Positions 1 through 51,401 of a DNA stretch of 64,000 nt are shown here, piece after piece; the stretch's first letter is position 1; each line of letters begins with the position of its first letter. Under the pieces are notes generated by a model. That model was not told the origin of the DNA, did no database searches, and saw only the letters and a list, made by a program, of their open reading frames with translations. Location of the stretch: the NCBI GenBank assembly GCA_963693365.1, contig CAVNZM010000009.1:824963-888962 (forward strand), written 5' to 3'. The position numbers and the translations under genes are program-made. The DNA is from Amoebidium appalachense. Taxonomy: Eukaryota; Protista; Ichthyosporea.

Positions 1-184
1 CTCCCGTCCCTGCTAATAGCCCAACGGAATCAGCGTATGTAGAAGGAAACTTAGCTTCAGTGACACGCCTCCCACGCTTGAATATCATGTAATCATGGAC
101 AATTATGTCGTCAAGGCTCCCATCACTCATCACCAAAATTTCACTTAAAAACTACTTGTTCATCCACAAACTTCAAGAGAGGAG

Positions 185-6510
<6,326 letters not shown>

Positions 6511-7883
6511 TTTTTGGAGCAGGAAAAAAAAAAGAGTGACGAACGTTAAGAAACAATATCAAATATAGCCAGCAAGGTTTAACAACGCTGTAGTGTTGCG
6601 GCTACAGAAATCAAAGTAGTTCCCCTTTTTGCAGACTATGTAATCACGTATACAGAAAACACACTGACTGACTCGCACTGAGGCTGTTGCATGCCGGCCG
6701 GCCGGAAAAAGTTTTGGCGCCATCGATACGAGGCATGTGGATCGTGACGTCATCATGTTTGCCCCAGCCATCCTGTGACGTCATACATGCGAACGGCGAT
6801 TGCAAACACATGTACACGTACCGTGTACACACACACCGTGCACACACATGCACACTGTGAAAACACCTTGAACACACGCACAGCCTTAGCACGCACACAC
6901 CTATCATAGTAATATATACCTTATGATGTACACACGTCACGTGCACACGCGTACCCAAGCGTACGAACATGTTCACACTTTCATGATAGGTCGCACCGTA
7001 CAGTACTAGTAGACGCACGGACACACGCATGCATATCACACAGACACGCACACACTATGGCACCCACAATACACACACACATGCACCGTAAACACTCACA
7101 CAGCACACACGTGCGCATGCATGCACACACACACGTGTACAAGCGCACGCGCGCGCTTAACTTTATAGTAGTGAGGCACCCGGTGCAGACACGCATCCGC
7201 ATAACAGACACAAACACACACCATAATGCTATTGCATGGTGAATTGAATAACTGTCAGCATCATGCTGCAATGCCCCCCCCCCACCTACACACACGTCGC
7301 TAACTTCACACGCCATCGATCATGGTGATTTGCATAGGTACCTGGTACCTGGGGCCATACGTCAACGAGGGGCTGGAGTTGTGCAAAAAGGCACAAATGG
7401 GGAAAACATGCACCAAGTGTGATTTGGGGGTAATTGGGCAGGATGAACAGTTGATGGGGAGGACAGGCATACATGCGCACAAGAAAAGGGAAATTGCCAA
7501 TGCACAACACAGAGCAAACTAGAGTAGTCCCTTCAGCCACAAAGGAGAGAACCTTCAACGCATTTATGTTTCTTGCCGATGTATGATTGCAGTGTGCTTT
7601 ACTGCCACCAATCACAAACCAGACAATACGGTAGGCCTCGGCTTACAGCCTGCCCAGGCACACACCATACCGCCACCTCACACTGTGAGTCGCTGAGCCT
7701 ATCAATATAGATTACACCCATACAAGTTGCCAACCCCTAGTCAACAATAAACTATTCACAAGACGCTCTATTTCGGTATAGCTTCAAGCCACAACCAATC
7801 ACGCACCTTTATTTCATAGGCAATATAACCCTAATAAGGTATGTTTCAAACACTTATTCGTTTAAGGTAGCACACCGCTAGAC

Positions 7884-10528
7884 TTATACTGACTTGACAG
7901 CGTGGGTGGCGGCCTGGTCAAGATCGTCCAACATAGTGATCTTAAGGCCACTCTCCTTAATGAGCTTCTGTGCGGCAGTCTCGTTGGTACCCTTAAGGCG
8001 GATGGTGACGGGGAGGGTAATATTGAGCTTCTCAGCAGCGCCGATGATACCGCGAGCAACAAGCGCACAGTCGACAATACCACCGAAAATGTTCACCAGG
8101 ATCGCCTTAACCTGCTTGTCCTTGGTGAGGATATCGAAAGCAGCGCTGACAGACTTCTCCGTCACACCTCCGCCAAGGTCGAGGAAGTTAGCGGGCTCAC
8201 CGCCGTGCAGCTTGATAATATCCATAGTGGCCATGGCAAGACCGGCACCGTTCACCATGCAGCCGATGGTACCGTCCATACCGACAAAGTTGAGCCCGTG
8301 CTTGCCGGCCTCGACCTCACGAGCGTCCTCCTCGGCAATGTCGCGCTGGGCAAAGATATCCTTCTGGCGGAAATCGGCGTTGTCATCGAAGTTGATTTTG
8401 GCGTCGAAGCACACCACACGTCCGTCCTTGGCCATACCAAGGGGGTTGATCTCCACCTATGTTTTTTTTTTTTTGGGGGGGGGGGGGGGGGGTTAGAGCG
8501 TGTTCAACTGGCAGAGTACAAAAAAAAAATGGTTGTGGGGGGGAGGTTGTATTGTGCAGATGGTGTAGCGGGGCAGCAGACCTCATAGTGAAGGATTGAC
8601 CCAGTGAAAAACAGTGTTTGGATTATGGGAGGGGATTGTCCCGGGTAGCAGGTAGGGAGGGCGACTTTTTTTTTTTTTTTTTTGGGGGGGGGGGGGGGGG
8701 GGTTATTTATACACTAGGCTTTAAGGGTGGCATACAAGGAAGCAAAGGCAGGAAAGCCACAACACAAAGCACAACCCTGCACATATGGGCAGACCGGGGG
8801 GGGTGTCCCGGCAGGGAGAGAGAGGAAAAAGAACAAAGCGAGAGAAGACGGGGAAGACTCCGGCAAGCAAGGAGGGGATAGGGGGGGGGGGGGGGGGGGA
8901 GGGGGGCAAGCAGGTGCATTTAGCTAGGATGCGATGACAGGAAATGAGGAATGATCCTATTGAGATTTTGGGTGGATAAGATAGTTTGCAGGGGGGGTCT
9001 TCATGTATGAAGAAATTCCAACCGAGAACAGCACACAGGGAAGGGAAAGGAAGGGAAGAGGACGGGGGGATGAAACTGCCACTGAGAAGAAGAAAGAGAG
9101 GGGAGCGAAGGGGAAGGTGAGAGGTGACCGGCAAACACGGGAGCACGTGGTGTATGCAGGCAAGAGAAATAACAGGTGAGGGAGGGAGAGGAAAAGGGAG
9201 GACAAGGAGGCAATACCTGTGTGGAGTCGACCTTCAGGAACAGGTCGTAGAGCTTCTTCATCGTGGAGGCGGCCTCGGTGGCCTGTGCACCCTCGAAGCC
9301 AAGCGCCTTGGCAAGACGGTCAACCTGAGAGGGGAGGGAGAGTTAGTAGTGGGGAAAGGGGGGAGAATGAAAGAGGAAGGGACGGTTTGGTAGGCCACGT
9401 GTGGGAAAAGGGAGGAGGGAGAAGGAAGGCAGAAGGGAAGAGGGGAGGGGCGGGGGAGGCACTGGTGGGAAATAAAGCAAAGAGATAGGACGAACAGAAG
9501 CTCAGGGGTGCCGGGTGAGAAAAGGAGCTGGATTCTTTAGAAGAAGAAAGAAAGAGAATGAGAAGGAGAGAACGATGGGTGATTGTGAACAAAAGAGGTG
9601 AAGTTACAATAGGGACAAGGAGTGCATGGTGAACTAAATGAGCAGTCCATCGAACATAAAACCTCGTGTCGGTGCTAGAGACACCAACACCGTAATAGAA
9701 GCACTATACATGACCCAATCGAATGGGGCCCGTCATATGAGAGCATTGTGCCAACCTATGCACCAGAAGTCGAGAGCATCTCTGAAATCACGAATAAGGC
9801 ACGATCATGTTTTCGTAAAATGGGTAGAGGGGAGGGACTGGGGTATTTTTGCCCCCGAACCCTGTGTGTTATTGCAATACTAAGGGAACACACACACTCA
9901 ACAACCTAACCCCTCCAAAAAAAAAACGCCAAGCACGCACCTGCTCCTGCTTGACACCCTTGTTGATGTCAATGGCCTCCTTGAAAATCTTCTCCGGGGT
10001 GCGCTTGGCCACCTCCTCGATGTCCATGCCACCGTCGGGGCTGGCAATCATCACGGGGCCGTTCGAGCTGCGGTCCATGAGGATGGCGAAGTAGGTTTCC
10101 TTGCAAATGTCAAGGGCCTCGGCAACCATGACCTTGCGCACAACCACACCGTCAGGGCCGGTCTGCTTGGTCTTAAGGCGGTAGCCAAGCATCTGCCTGC
10201 ACAGCTGCTCGACCTCCTCGGCCTTGGTGGTGAGGTGGACACCCCCCTTAAGACCACTGTCGAACGTGCCCTTACCGCGGCCACCGGCGTGAATCTGTGC
10301 CTTAACGACGTACTCGGGCACGTTCAGCTGTGCAGCGGCGGTCTTTGCGTCGGAAAGATTATCAACCACCTTGAACTTCTGGGTGGGGATGTCGAACTTG
10401 GACATGAGCTCCTTGCTCTGGTACTCGTGGAGGTTAAGGAACCGAACCTGGGTCACGGCGGGCGTGTGAATCTTGCCCTGGCGCGCAACGCGCGCGGCGT
10501 TCACTGCGGAGCGACCAAGAAGAGACAT
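7884..10528 (-). CDS. SUCLG2: Succinyl-CoA ligase beta subunit, mitochondrial, probably GDP-forming; 3 exons, 422 aa
   Basis: Exons 10528-9941, 9324-9217 and 8456-7884 (GT-AG, phase 0). Arg/Ala-rich transit peptide, then LNLHEYQSK, KAQIHAGGRGKG, GLKGGVH, GGMDIEEVA, DAKINFDDNADFRQKDIF, GCMVNGAGLAMATMD, PANFLDLGGG and ILVNIFGGIV. FDDNAxFRQKDIF resembles the GDP-forming rather than the ADP-forming paralog. Confidence 0.93.
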
Positions 10529-13500
10529 GGTGACTATAATTCCTACCGTGAGAGGGGAAGATGCGAGCTAAAGTTCTGTGTTGACCCCTGAAACGGAGGT
10601 GAAGTGACCACGCAACACGCAGAGCAAGACTGCCGGCTCCCAGCCGCCGAGCACGCCTCTCACCCTGTTGCTTTGAGCCTCGCAGAGAGAACGGAAATTA
10701 TCCGGTATATTTCTGAAATCCTGAAAGTTAGATTTCAAAAACCTGGGTGGGGGACTGCATGAAGGGTTGCAAAATGGTGCCATACATTTGAGGATGTCAT
10801 CAGGTGCCAGCTGCTGGCAAATAAACTTCACTCATAGCAATATAAAAAGCTCTGTAACGATACTCTACTCTTATAGGTACTAATATATACACTTTAGAGG
10901 GGACTCAGGCAAAGGTTAGGGGGGCCTTAAGTGCAACGCCTGTTCTAAATTTCACATACTTCAGAACTGATGGTTCGAACCCTATATTTTAGATGCCCAC
11001 TCCTATTGGGTTTTAAACTTTACTAGGTGTACAGCGCGCTGATTGGCCAGAATCAGGTAAGCGCGTCCCTTAGGTCGTCATATTCGGTGAACGCCGGGCC
11101 AATCACAAATCGTTTTGTATCGAACACAAACCGCAAACGAACCTTATATGGCAGGTAGGATCGCGCCTTTGACTCACTTCTGCCAATAGTAACTTGAAGG
11201 GTGCGAGTGCAGAAACGAAAACATGTGTTGATTTGGTGCAGAAACAGAAGATAAGGAGGAAAAGAAAAGTAAAAGGTTCTAAAACGTGGCGATTAAGTCT
11301 TTCTGTGCATGTGTCAATTCTTTCAAGGTGTACGTATGCTGTTATGAGGGGAAGCGGTCACTTCTTTTTACGCGCAAGTCAACAGTTCTGGACGTTAATA
11401 AAAAGGCCTAGGCGTAGATAAGATGCACAACACAGCAGGCTCGAACAAGTCGAACACAGTTCCTAGCATCGGATTGTGGGTTTTCGGCAGCTGATGTCAG
11501 GGGGGGAATTCTTTTTGTTACATGGCTATACGGTGCGGCCATTCGGCCCATCACCAGCTAGAGCTACACAAATGGTAAGATTTAACTAGGATGTTGACGT
11601 GACACAAGTCAACTACAAACAACACATCAAAGCTGCCTAACCTAATAAGCTAATGTAGTTTTGTTCCACAAAGACACACAGACCAACAAGGACGTAAACA
11701 CCTCGACACTTAGGCATTCTGACCGCTGAAACAACCGCATGCACTTCACTTCAGTCTTTAAAGGAGTGGTGAGCCTTCCGCATGGTCTATTTTTCTGCCA
11801 GCTATGATAATAGGTTCACTTTCGGTACTTGCCTGTGATGGCCCGGTGTGATGACGAGCTATATGCCGCAGTGTGCAATAAACAGTTAGGAGCTATTGAA
11901 GGTTGCCCCATATTACAGTAGGAGCTATTGAAGGTTTCCCCCATATTGATGCGCGGTTTGTAGCAAAGCCCCCTCCCCCCTCTTCCCCCCCCCCCCCCCC
12001 CCCCCCCCCCCCTCTCTCCTCCTCCCCTTTTCTCCTTCCCCTCCAGATGCTGCCGTTGAAACCCCCTGGCCTGCCCCACGCCTCCCCCAACCTCTTATCG
12101 GAATAGTCCCACTCATTCCCCACCCTCACTCCACACACACACGCACACACACACACACACACACACACGGGACTCACACCTCCTTTAGACTCCGGATATT
12201 CCCCAGTGCCCTTTACTTGCCCATGCACGTACACACACACATACACAGGCCACAGGCTTCCACGTCCGATGATTCCACGGTTTGTTTCTGCCACACCTGT
12301 CCCTCCTCCTCCCCCCCCCCCCTTCCCCCCTCCCCTCCCTCTCCCCTCCCGTGACCACCACACAAGCGTGAACTGTTTATGGTTGCAGCAGCTTGCACAA
12401 GCTCTCACTGTTTACTGCACACTGACATTACTAAGTGCGACTGAGGATGACTAGAAAGTGGTGGGCAATTCGCCTACGAACACATCAGCTGGTTTTGAGC
12501 CTAGGCCCAAAGCAGAGGTAGGACACACACTAGCAGGCTCAAACACACCTAGCTAGATGGTGCAAAATCAGGAGGCGGTTATCAGAAGAAGTAGCAGTAT
12601 ACATTCTCTGTGCCTTTGGAAGGTTGTGTGTGGTTGTGGTGTGGTCGGTAGTCAGGGAGGGGAGGGGGGGCAAAAAGGGTGCTCTCTTTGGAATTATTTA
12701 AGCAATGAAAGCAAGTGGAAATACGCTTTGGTATGCATACAATTTCTGGAAAATTCTTCCCTCCCACACTCACCAACCGCCCACCACCCACACAAGAAAT
12801 CTGTCAGGGTATTGGCTGCCACACAAGTAGATAAGTAGACTTTCTGCCTGAGCTGGGGGGGGGGGGGGGGGGAGGGGGGGATCATATCTGAGTGGGGCAG
12901 ACAGCATGGGTGAAGATGTATTCAGGAAGGTCCGGGAGGAGCAGGTGGGAAGGGGAGGAGGGGGGGGGGGGGGGGGGGGGGGGAAGGATGGAGGAAAGGG
13001 GGGCTCGGAGGGATTGATACCCCCCTGGACTCCTTGCCAATGGGGGAGAGGAAGGACGGGGGGAGGGGGGGGGGGGGGGATTGGCAGAGGGAGGGGGGTC
13101 TTGGATGGAAAATGGTGGTAAGTGAAAACGGGGAGGTCCCAAGATGATTTTTTGTTAGCAGGTTGTGATACAGGTATTAAGCAGCTTCAATCAATAAGGC
13201 CTTAAACTGGTGCACTTATCACGCTAGCGATCTTGATGTGTAGCTGTCTCTCTATGTTCGTACCCGCGCCTGGGGGGGAGGGCGGGGGGATGTTGTGCAC
13301 GCAACGGTATACGTGCGGCCAATTGTGCCTCGGGGCTTCAAGTACGTGCTGTACACTCTAATTAGGAAGGACCCTTCTAGCAAGGCTGTGGTGAAAACCT
13401 GGACTAATTATTAAGTGTGTTTGTACTTAGAGTACTAGTACTAACCCTAACTAGGGTACAGTGCACGTGACTGTCGGTCCTTGGTGGAAGACACCGGTTC

Positions 13501-14377
13501 ATCAGAGGAACCCCCATATATAGCTAAGGTTAGGTTCCTTCGGGGACAAACCGGGATTATGAATACAAAAAAAGAAGCCCTATTTAGGAATATATACCCT
13601 CTCACACACGCACATCACCACAACCCCGTGCACTGCCATCGGGTCTCCCATTACACTCGCTGTGACCTGTCACTAAGGCCTATTGGTGTACGTGCTGGGC
13701 TAAGATGTGAATATGAAAATTTCGGTTGGTGTTATCATGATTACATAATCGCTGCACTGGTGTACATGTGGTATGAAGAACGTTAACATTGGAGCTTTTG
13801 TACTGTAGATATGCAAGTTGGATATACTCAAGGTATTCTTCACTTTTCTTGCACGACTATCCACATGTGTCCCAGAATTATTTCCACTGCCCGTACCATA
13901 TACGAAAAATGCCTCAGGGGAAGGGAAAGGGCGTGAAGAGAAGGGGGGGCCCGGGGGGAGGGGGGGAGGAATTCGAATCGAAACAGCAAAAACGATTTTT
14001 GCGAAGTCTTATGGGGCTCTCTTTTATTCAATCCACACCGTGACACCGCCGATATTTTTGACTTCACTAGTTGCAACCCAGTGCAAACCACCACTGTATA
14101 TACGTGTACACAGTACAAAATACTCGCATCAGCGCCGGTCGTATATATCTCAAGGAAAAGATGAAAAGGACCAGCATGCACATATGCGCATGCCCGTCCG
14201 CAAATCACGGTGACCCCAACATGAACCTTTCTAAAGTAACCTCTAAAAGCAAAAAAATGCTTTTCAATATTGCAGCCATAAAAAATCTGTGTTGGAGTAT
14301 ACACTCTCTAGGCCTCCTTCCTCCTCTCCCGAGAAGAACACATACATGTACAGTCACACTAGCACGTACCCACACGG

Positions 14378-14439
<62 letters not shown>

Positions 14440-14667
14440 TGCTGCCCGCGGGGCTTTCCCCTCCCTCACAGTCACACCGGAGACACCTAAAAAATTATTA
14501 ATGGCAATATTCGTGACGGGAGTGTGCATACAGAACACACCGACAAAGGGGATCACACACACCATTTTACACATTCTTATGCATGCACACACAAGTCCAC
14601 ACAACTTGATAGGCACATACCAACAAGGCAGGGTATCGTATCATTCTCCAAGCTTAAGCCCTTCCCA

Positions 14668-30739
<16,072 letters not shown>

Positions 30740-30950
30740 TGTGCCGTGGATTGTTCAAACACGCTCGCTTTCCCGTGCACATATCAGTGACAACGAGAAA
30801 GCTTACAGTGCGGTCCACCGTGCTGATGCAAACTTTTTGTTTTGTCTCTCGAGTCTCGAAGATCGTGGTAAATTTATAAGGAAGATCAGAGCTCGAAATT
30901 CCGGAAAACGTCTTCGAAGTTCCGAAAGACCCTGGCCGGAGAGCGGGGCC

Positions 30951-30996
<46 letters not shown>

Positions 30997-31344
30997 GGAG
31001 GAGGAGGCTTGAGTGCATGCATGCTGATTTAGCCACCCACGAGTCTCATGGCTCCACAAAATCAAGGCCCCCCCCCCCAGCTGCCCCCCCCCCCCCCCCC
31101 TCCCCCGCCCCCCCTCCCCCTCCCCCCCCCCCCCCCCCCCCCCCTTGGTGACCCCCCCGCGGAGGGCCTTCGGCGTATTATACAGAGAATTCCGAAGTCT
31201 TTGACGATTCCGAAAGGGCCATTTGGCCTTTCCCAAAGAATATATTCGAGCCCTGACAAAGATTTTGTCAACGGCCATTTATGATTGGCTGGGTCGTGTT
31301 AAACCTGTCGGTCCCGGGGCCCGCATTTTTCCTTGAAAGCAACG

Positions 31345-32097
31345 GGCCGTATGTCATACAGGCAGTTTTTAGAGGGAAGGTTTTATTATTTTGTTTTTTA
31401 CAGGACAAGGCGCAACTGTACGTAAGGGACACTCGGAGTTTCTCAACCTAGAAACTAATGTTCAAAGAACCTGTCCCGCTATCTGACGGCAATCAAGTCA
31501 AAAGTCGGCTTGTGAGCTTGTGTATATGCGTGAGCTAATGCTATAATGTCCGGCCGTCAGGCCCGTCAGGCCGCTGCTGAGGCATATATTACAGCTTTAT
31601 ATAAGCCGTGGGTACGATAACGTCAACTGCAGCTGCGAAATTTGTCTTATTATTATTTGTTATTAGCTATGCTCACTGCGACTAGGCATGAGAAGATATC
31701 GTATTACACATATAATTAGCAGCAGGAGTTTTGGGGGACCCAACAGTCCTATTCATCGTCATCAAGAGGAGGTCTGACGATTGGTGGTCAGACTTCTTTG
31801 GTTATGCAGCTTTTAAAACGCCTGGCAAAAATATGCAATGCAAGATTCCAGAGCCACAGGCAAATTGTTAAGAACCCTGGCTATTCCCAGTCTTCCGAAT
31901 AGTTGACATACCAAATATCTGCCAACCAATCATAACTTGTTCAAGCATACTTATGACAGAACCGCCCGAAGGCCGGGCACCGTCTGACGGTCAGACTCTG
32001 ACCGTGGCGTTTTCGGTCAAGAGTGGCCAGGTGTGTACGCGAACGCTACAGTTTCATTGGTAGATCGTAGTGCCATATATGGTGTCGCGTCTATGTA
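31345..32097 (+). repeat. ~750-bp interspersed element (copy 1); inverted copy at 52437-53069
   Basis: Long colinear match to the reverse complement of 52437-53069, e.g. GGACAAGGCGCA..GACACTCGGAGTTTCTCAAC, GGAGGTCTGACGATTGGTGGTCAGACTTCTTTGG and GCAATGCAAGATTCCAGAGCCACAGGCAAA. Copy 1 has an extra ~130 bp near 31905-32035. Confidence 0.9.
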
Positions 32098-32456
32098 TAT
32101 ATCTCATAAGCTATCTCATATAGGTGTAGGGGGAAATCTAGGAGTCTTCCTATACCGTGTGACCATCGTGCCGGGTGTACCAAAACGAAAATAATACGGT
32201 GTGGTGTAAACCCCACGAGGCTCACACTCAGGTCAAAGTGGCCCAGCGGCAAGTCATAGTGGCCCACCTTCCAGGCTGATCGTGTTATCACCGTGTATAC
32301 CATTACAATATGCTCATTATGGTATACCACAAGCTTACGTGTGTGTGTGACTGGTACGTACACACGTGCGTGCGTGCGTGTGTGCGTGTGCGTGTGCGTG
32401 CGTGTGTGCGTGTGCGTGTGTGTGTGTGTGCGTGTGTGCGTGTGTGCGTGTGTGCG

Positions 32457-32517
<61 letters not shown>

Positions 32518-32771
32518 ATGCGTGCCCACACTCCCCTCCATGCATTATATGCGTTCTTGCTGATTCCAACATGGTAGTATACGGGTGTAGGCGTGTCACA
32601 ATGCAAGCCTAATATGTTACATATTAAGTTGCGTGGTGGTGCCATGATTTATATCTTCGGAAGTACGCGTGTTCAAAATCTTGCAGTGGGAACTTTTAAG
32701 AGACTGAGCAGAGGATTTGACTTAAGGAGCCGTGCTGGCAGCTGCAGTGCGGCACTGAGTTGAGGGGAGGG

Positions 32772-32818
<47 letters not shown>

Positions 32819-33898
32819 GGGAGGCCAGTCGTGTAAGCATATCACACCGGTGTACCGCGCCCTTCCGAAGCTTTTGTGACAGCTTTCATGACCCACGCTG
32901 CTTTTGAATGGTTCCTCTGCAGCGAGCTCGATGCCGCAGACAGACACAGCTTGCCAAAGACGTCACAAGTGTAACAGTTGAGTGCATGAAAAAGTTTCCT
33001 AAAATATATTGGCGTTATTGTTGCTGATATTTGACTAATAAGGTCTTTAATATTATGATAATACGCTTTTCTGTTGTTTTACATAGGTAAAACATTTCAG
33101 GTGTTGAGGGCAAAGCACCAGTGAAAATATGATATCCTCGCAGCTGTGTGTGAATTACGCATTCCTGGATCTGGTATATCAGGCATATCTAATAAACAAT
33201 ATTGAATTTCGGTAATTTCTGTGAAGATGCTTTAAGATAAACATGATGTTCGATGCTCACTTCTTTAAGACGACTTTATGATTTTTTTTTTTATAACGAC
33301 TTTCTTGATATATATATATATATATATATTTCTCCTCGTCAAATTAGAGATAATCGAGACATCACATTTTATAAATTGCTAATCTATCATGACTCAAAAA
33401 AGTATGTTTCATAGTATGGGCAAAATATATGATAGATTTGCACAGCCTGCTTACGTATGACACGAGCCCGCTCTCAGGGGCCCAGATGCATGGCCGGAAC
33501 ACATCGCAGCTCATAATGTGACGTGTTTGCAAATACATGTGCACAGCTGCGTATTAATGAATGTGCATTTATATAAATACATAAACGACAAGTATACATG
33601 GTGAAGCTTTAATACCAGAAATGACTTCAATGTACACATAGAGTGCTTAGCCTTAACGGTAGTAGGAGTTTGCGGCGACGAATTAATGGGGCAAAAAAAG
33701 GGTGTACCAATAACTTGTTATCGATTACAACTCACCTTGTTGTTCGTATATCAGGTTTACTAGCCGATGTATACATCATTTCACCATAAGAATACGGTAG
33801 GCATAGTATTACACGTGCAAGCATTACATGTTTGTGTGCCTTTTAAGTGCACAACACTGTCACAGTGACAAACACACACCAGTTGCTCGCTTTTTCAC

Positions 33899-33962
<64 letters not shown>

Positions 33963-34057
33963 GCACACCGTGGACGTACCACCGAACACGCCCTACTAAT
34001 GCAACACCGTGATAACACTCATAAAAGCGACATACGACGAATAATAATTTAACGAAT

Positions 34058-47582
<13,525 letters not shown>

Positions 47583-47635
47583 ATATAGCAACACTGCCTA
47601 TTTATAGCATCACGATGATTTATATATATATACTA

Positions 47636-47737
<102 letters not shown>

Positions 47738-48755
47738 TTTGCTCTTGAGATCTTTTACCATGTTTCAACAGGCTGTGGTATGTCCACGGCTTTTTCTTCC
47801 CGAGTTTCTCCTTTTACGTCACAGTATACGATAGTTTTATGCTTTCCTTCGACTTTAGATGTGCTTATGCAATATATGATCTATGCATTCGTTTACTGTC
47901 GGAGAATGTCGGTGTCACGGTATATACATACGTAAGACGGGGAGGGGGAGGAGACTTGTTTTCAGATAGCTGCTTATACAGATTTGCTCACTAATGCAAG
48001 TATTATAACATAATGATGGTATAACTAATAATATGTATGCAACGAGTTTTAACATAGGTTGTGAGGAACTATCCACTAGACTTATAACCGTGTTGGGGTT
48101 TGTTCGTGTGGTTCATCTAATATACTCCTCTCGAGATATACAGAAATTTGGTTTACTTCATATGGTACCCCTTGTTGTCACGGAATATTTTCGATGCATA
48201 CACCAGCATATCCACCTTTTTGGGTTGAGTATCCCGAAACGTTGCTTTTTTTACAATCATGACCAATATACAGCTAGAACTTGACATATGACACTATTTG
48301 CCTGAAAAGACGTTTATAATAGTGTGCACAAAACATTATGATAGTCGCTATACATGTGATCATGTTTTGCTGTCATAAGCGCTGGCATTGAAGTTCGTAT
48401 TCGGAGTTGTTCTCGATTGTTCGACTGTGTATCGTTGGTAGCCTTATCATGGCATGCACATCCACACAATACCGGCGGAGGAAAAAGGCGTTAATAAAAA
48501 CCTGCAACAGGAAAAAAAAGAAAGAAAAGGGGGGGGGGGGGGGGGGGCATGAATATTCCTGCCATTAAGACAAACACACACATAATATATGCACGCACGT
48601 GCACGCACACACACACACTGTTGAAAGTTTTAAGTGTTTGTCGACCACTGAGGTGCTTATATCTTTTCTTCCTTCCTTTTTTCTTCTCCTTTTCCTTTTT
48701 TTTTCTTTTTTTTCTTTTTTTTTTTCTTTTGTGTGTATGTGTGTGTGTGTGTGTG

Positions 48756-48793
<38 letters not shown>

Positions 48794-48818
48794 TAGGGTC
48801 CCCTGACTGCCATTTTTG

Positions 48819-48884
<66 letters not shown>

Positions 48885-48903
48885 TTTAGGATCCCCTGAC
48901 GTC

Positions 48904-48934
<31 letters not shown>

Positions 48935-49082
48935 GGGGGGGGGGGGGGGGGGTAATCGATACACCAATTAGCGTCCGTGCCGGCGTTTTAAGTACGGCTT
49001 TTCTCAATCCGAATTCCTTATTCTATAATAATATATGGCAAGGTTTTTCGAAGAGGTGTTTGCCCGGCGGGCGCCAGCAAAT

Positions 49083-49128
<46 letters not shown>

Positions 49129-49725
49129 GTGTGTGTATGGGTGGGTGTGTAAACTGTGTGTATGTGTGTGTGTAAACCGTGTGTGTGTGTGTGTGTGTGT
49201 GTAAACTGTGTGAATGACACTGTGTGTGCGCGTCATGGTGACTGTGTGTGTGCGTAAACTGTGTATGTGTTTGTGTGTCAGTGTGTGCGTGTGGTAAAGG
49301 CCACGGTGTGTTTGTGTGTGCGTAGCTACGTATGGGTTGGGGATTCATCAAAAGACGGGGTGGGGTTGTGACTTAACGGGGGGAGAGAGGAGGGTGGGGT
49401 GGGGGGAGGGGGGGAGGGGATGATTTATCCAATATATGCATCAACTTTAAGGCCTCCTTGATAGTCACACCAGTTATGCATGCATTTTATTCGGCATTTG
49501 CAGTAATAATGCATCTAGGGGTTAAACAGGTTATCCACCGCCGCTCCCCTCGGGTTCTAGTTCTAAGGCTTGGAGCCAATCAAATCGCACAGAACCTATC
49601 TCCTTCCCCCCCCCCCCCCCCCCCCTCCCTTCCCCCCCCCATGCATGGCAGGTCCCCCGGTCCCCCCCCCTCCCGTCACGGCAAGTTCCCCTAAATCTCT
49701 GGACGTCGGAGGATAAATCGGTGTT

Positions 49726-49756
<31 letters not shown>

Positions 49757-49793
49757 CGTGTGTCTCAACATTGTGCATTTCCGTGACACTGTG

Positions 49794-49840
<47 letters not shown>

Positions 49841-50031
49841 CGCACACGCCCCTGTGTGGCACGTCATTTTTTGTGTGCACACGTCGTTGTGTTTTTGTGT
49901 GTACATGTGTGCGCGCATGTGGCCCCCCCCCCCCCCCCCCCCCCCCTTCTCTCCCTTCCCTCCATGAGGGTTGGTTTGTGTGCGCGTGCACGTTTGTGTT
50001 TGTGCGCAGCGTGTTTGCACGGTTTTTTTGG

Positions 50032-50104
<73 letters not shown>

Positions 50105-50163
50105 GCATGTGCGTGCGTGTGTGTGTGTGTGTGTGTGCGTGTGTGTGGTGGTGGTGGTGGTGT

Positions 50164-50194
<31 letters not shown>

Positions 50195-51206
50195 GGGGGG
50201 GGAGGGGAGGAGGGGGGTCGTTTGGTCTGCACATATTTATCGTGGAAGCTTATATGCTTATTCCTAGCCTGCAAATGATTTTGCTTTGTATCCCCCCCCC
50301 CCCCCCCTCCTCCCCATCCCTTCTCCCCTACCTCCCCCCCTTTCTCCATGCCAATTCTCCTTGTCACTTCCTGTTGCCCTTGTTGCCTCCCATGCTGTGT
50401 TCCCTTTTCCTGCTAAATCCCCCCCCCCCCCCCCCCCCCTCCCCCCTTTGCGTCTTGTTGTGGAAGCAAAGGATGAGGTGGGAATAATGCGCGAGAGGTT
50501 ACGAAGTCGCAACCCTACCTCTGTGGAGGCATGGTTGTGCCCCTGATGATGGGGAGGACCTCCTGCCTGCACCATTTGACTTGGTGTACTTGAACCCTCT
50601 TGGTGCCTGCAATGCCTTGCTTCCTTTGATGCCACCAATTAGTTCATACACCCCCCCCCCTCCCTCCTTCCCCCCTCCCCCCCTGCCTGCCTCGTATATC
50701 CTCCTCTCCCACTGTTAGTCTCACCACTTTGTGTTTGTACATGCATGTCGTGCCTATCTTCCTTGCTATCTCCTTGCTTGCTTGTCAACACTCACCCCCC
50801 CCCCCCCCACACACACACAGACACACACCTTTTTTTTTTCTTTTTCTTTTTCTTTTTTTCGGCTGCAGTCTTTCACAACATCCGGGGCACAGTGCACGGG
50901 GACAAGGTACCCCCCCCCTCCCCCCCCCCCCCCCCCCCCCCCCCTCCCCACACACACACCCACACACAGTGTCACGCACACACGCACACAAGCACACACA
51001 GACACCTACCTATGTTACGCTGTACCGATCGGGAACACACTTCCATGAGCACAGGAACACCCCTCGCACGCGCAGCACATGCACAGAGAGGGAGAGAGAG
51101 GTCGAGGAACAGAGGGAAAGGGGCGGAGGGAGTGGGACACACACACAGAGAGAGAGACCTGAGAGACATACAGAGAGAGGAAAAGGGGGAGGAGAGAAAA
51201 GAGACG

Positions 51207-51270
<64 letters not shown>

Positions 51271-51320
51271 TCGGAGAGAAACAGAGAGAATGAGAGAATT
51301 GGGGGGAGGGGGGAGGGGGC

Positions 51321-51401
<81 letters not shown>

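Noticed and set aside
7894-8588. Plus-strand ORFs of 200 and 228 aa
   Set aside because: Antisense shadows of the codon-biased SUCLG2 exon 3.
11520-12700. Possible plus-strand gene divergent from SUCLG2 (CCAAT-like boxes near 11040-11105, ATG...GTAAGA at 11522-11580)
   Set aside because: No in-phase downstream exon with protein-like sequence could be joined to it.
13438-13460. CTAACCCTAACTAGGGT telomere-like motif
   Set aside because: Fewer than two full units, so consistent with chance.
30890-31220. Repeated TTCCG(G)AA motifs upstream of the pore-former gene as HSF or STAT sites
   Set aside because: The spacing does not form a canonical three-unit heat-shock element or a TTCN3GAA site, and the motifs are too short to support a call.
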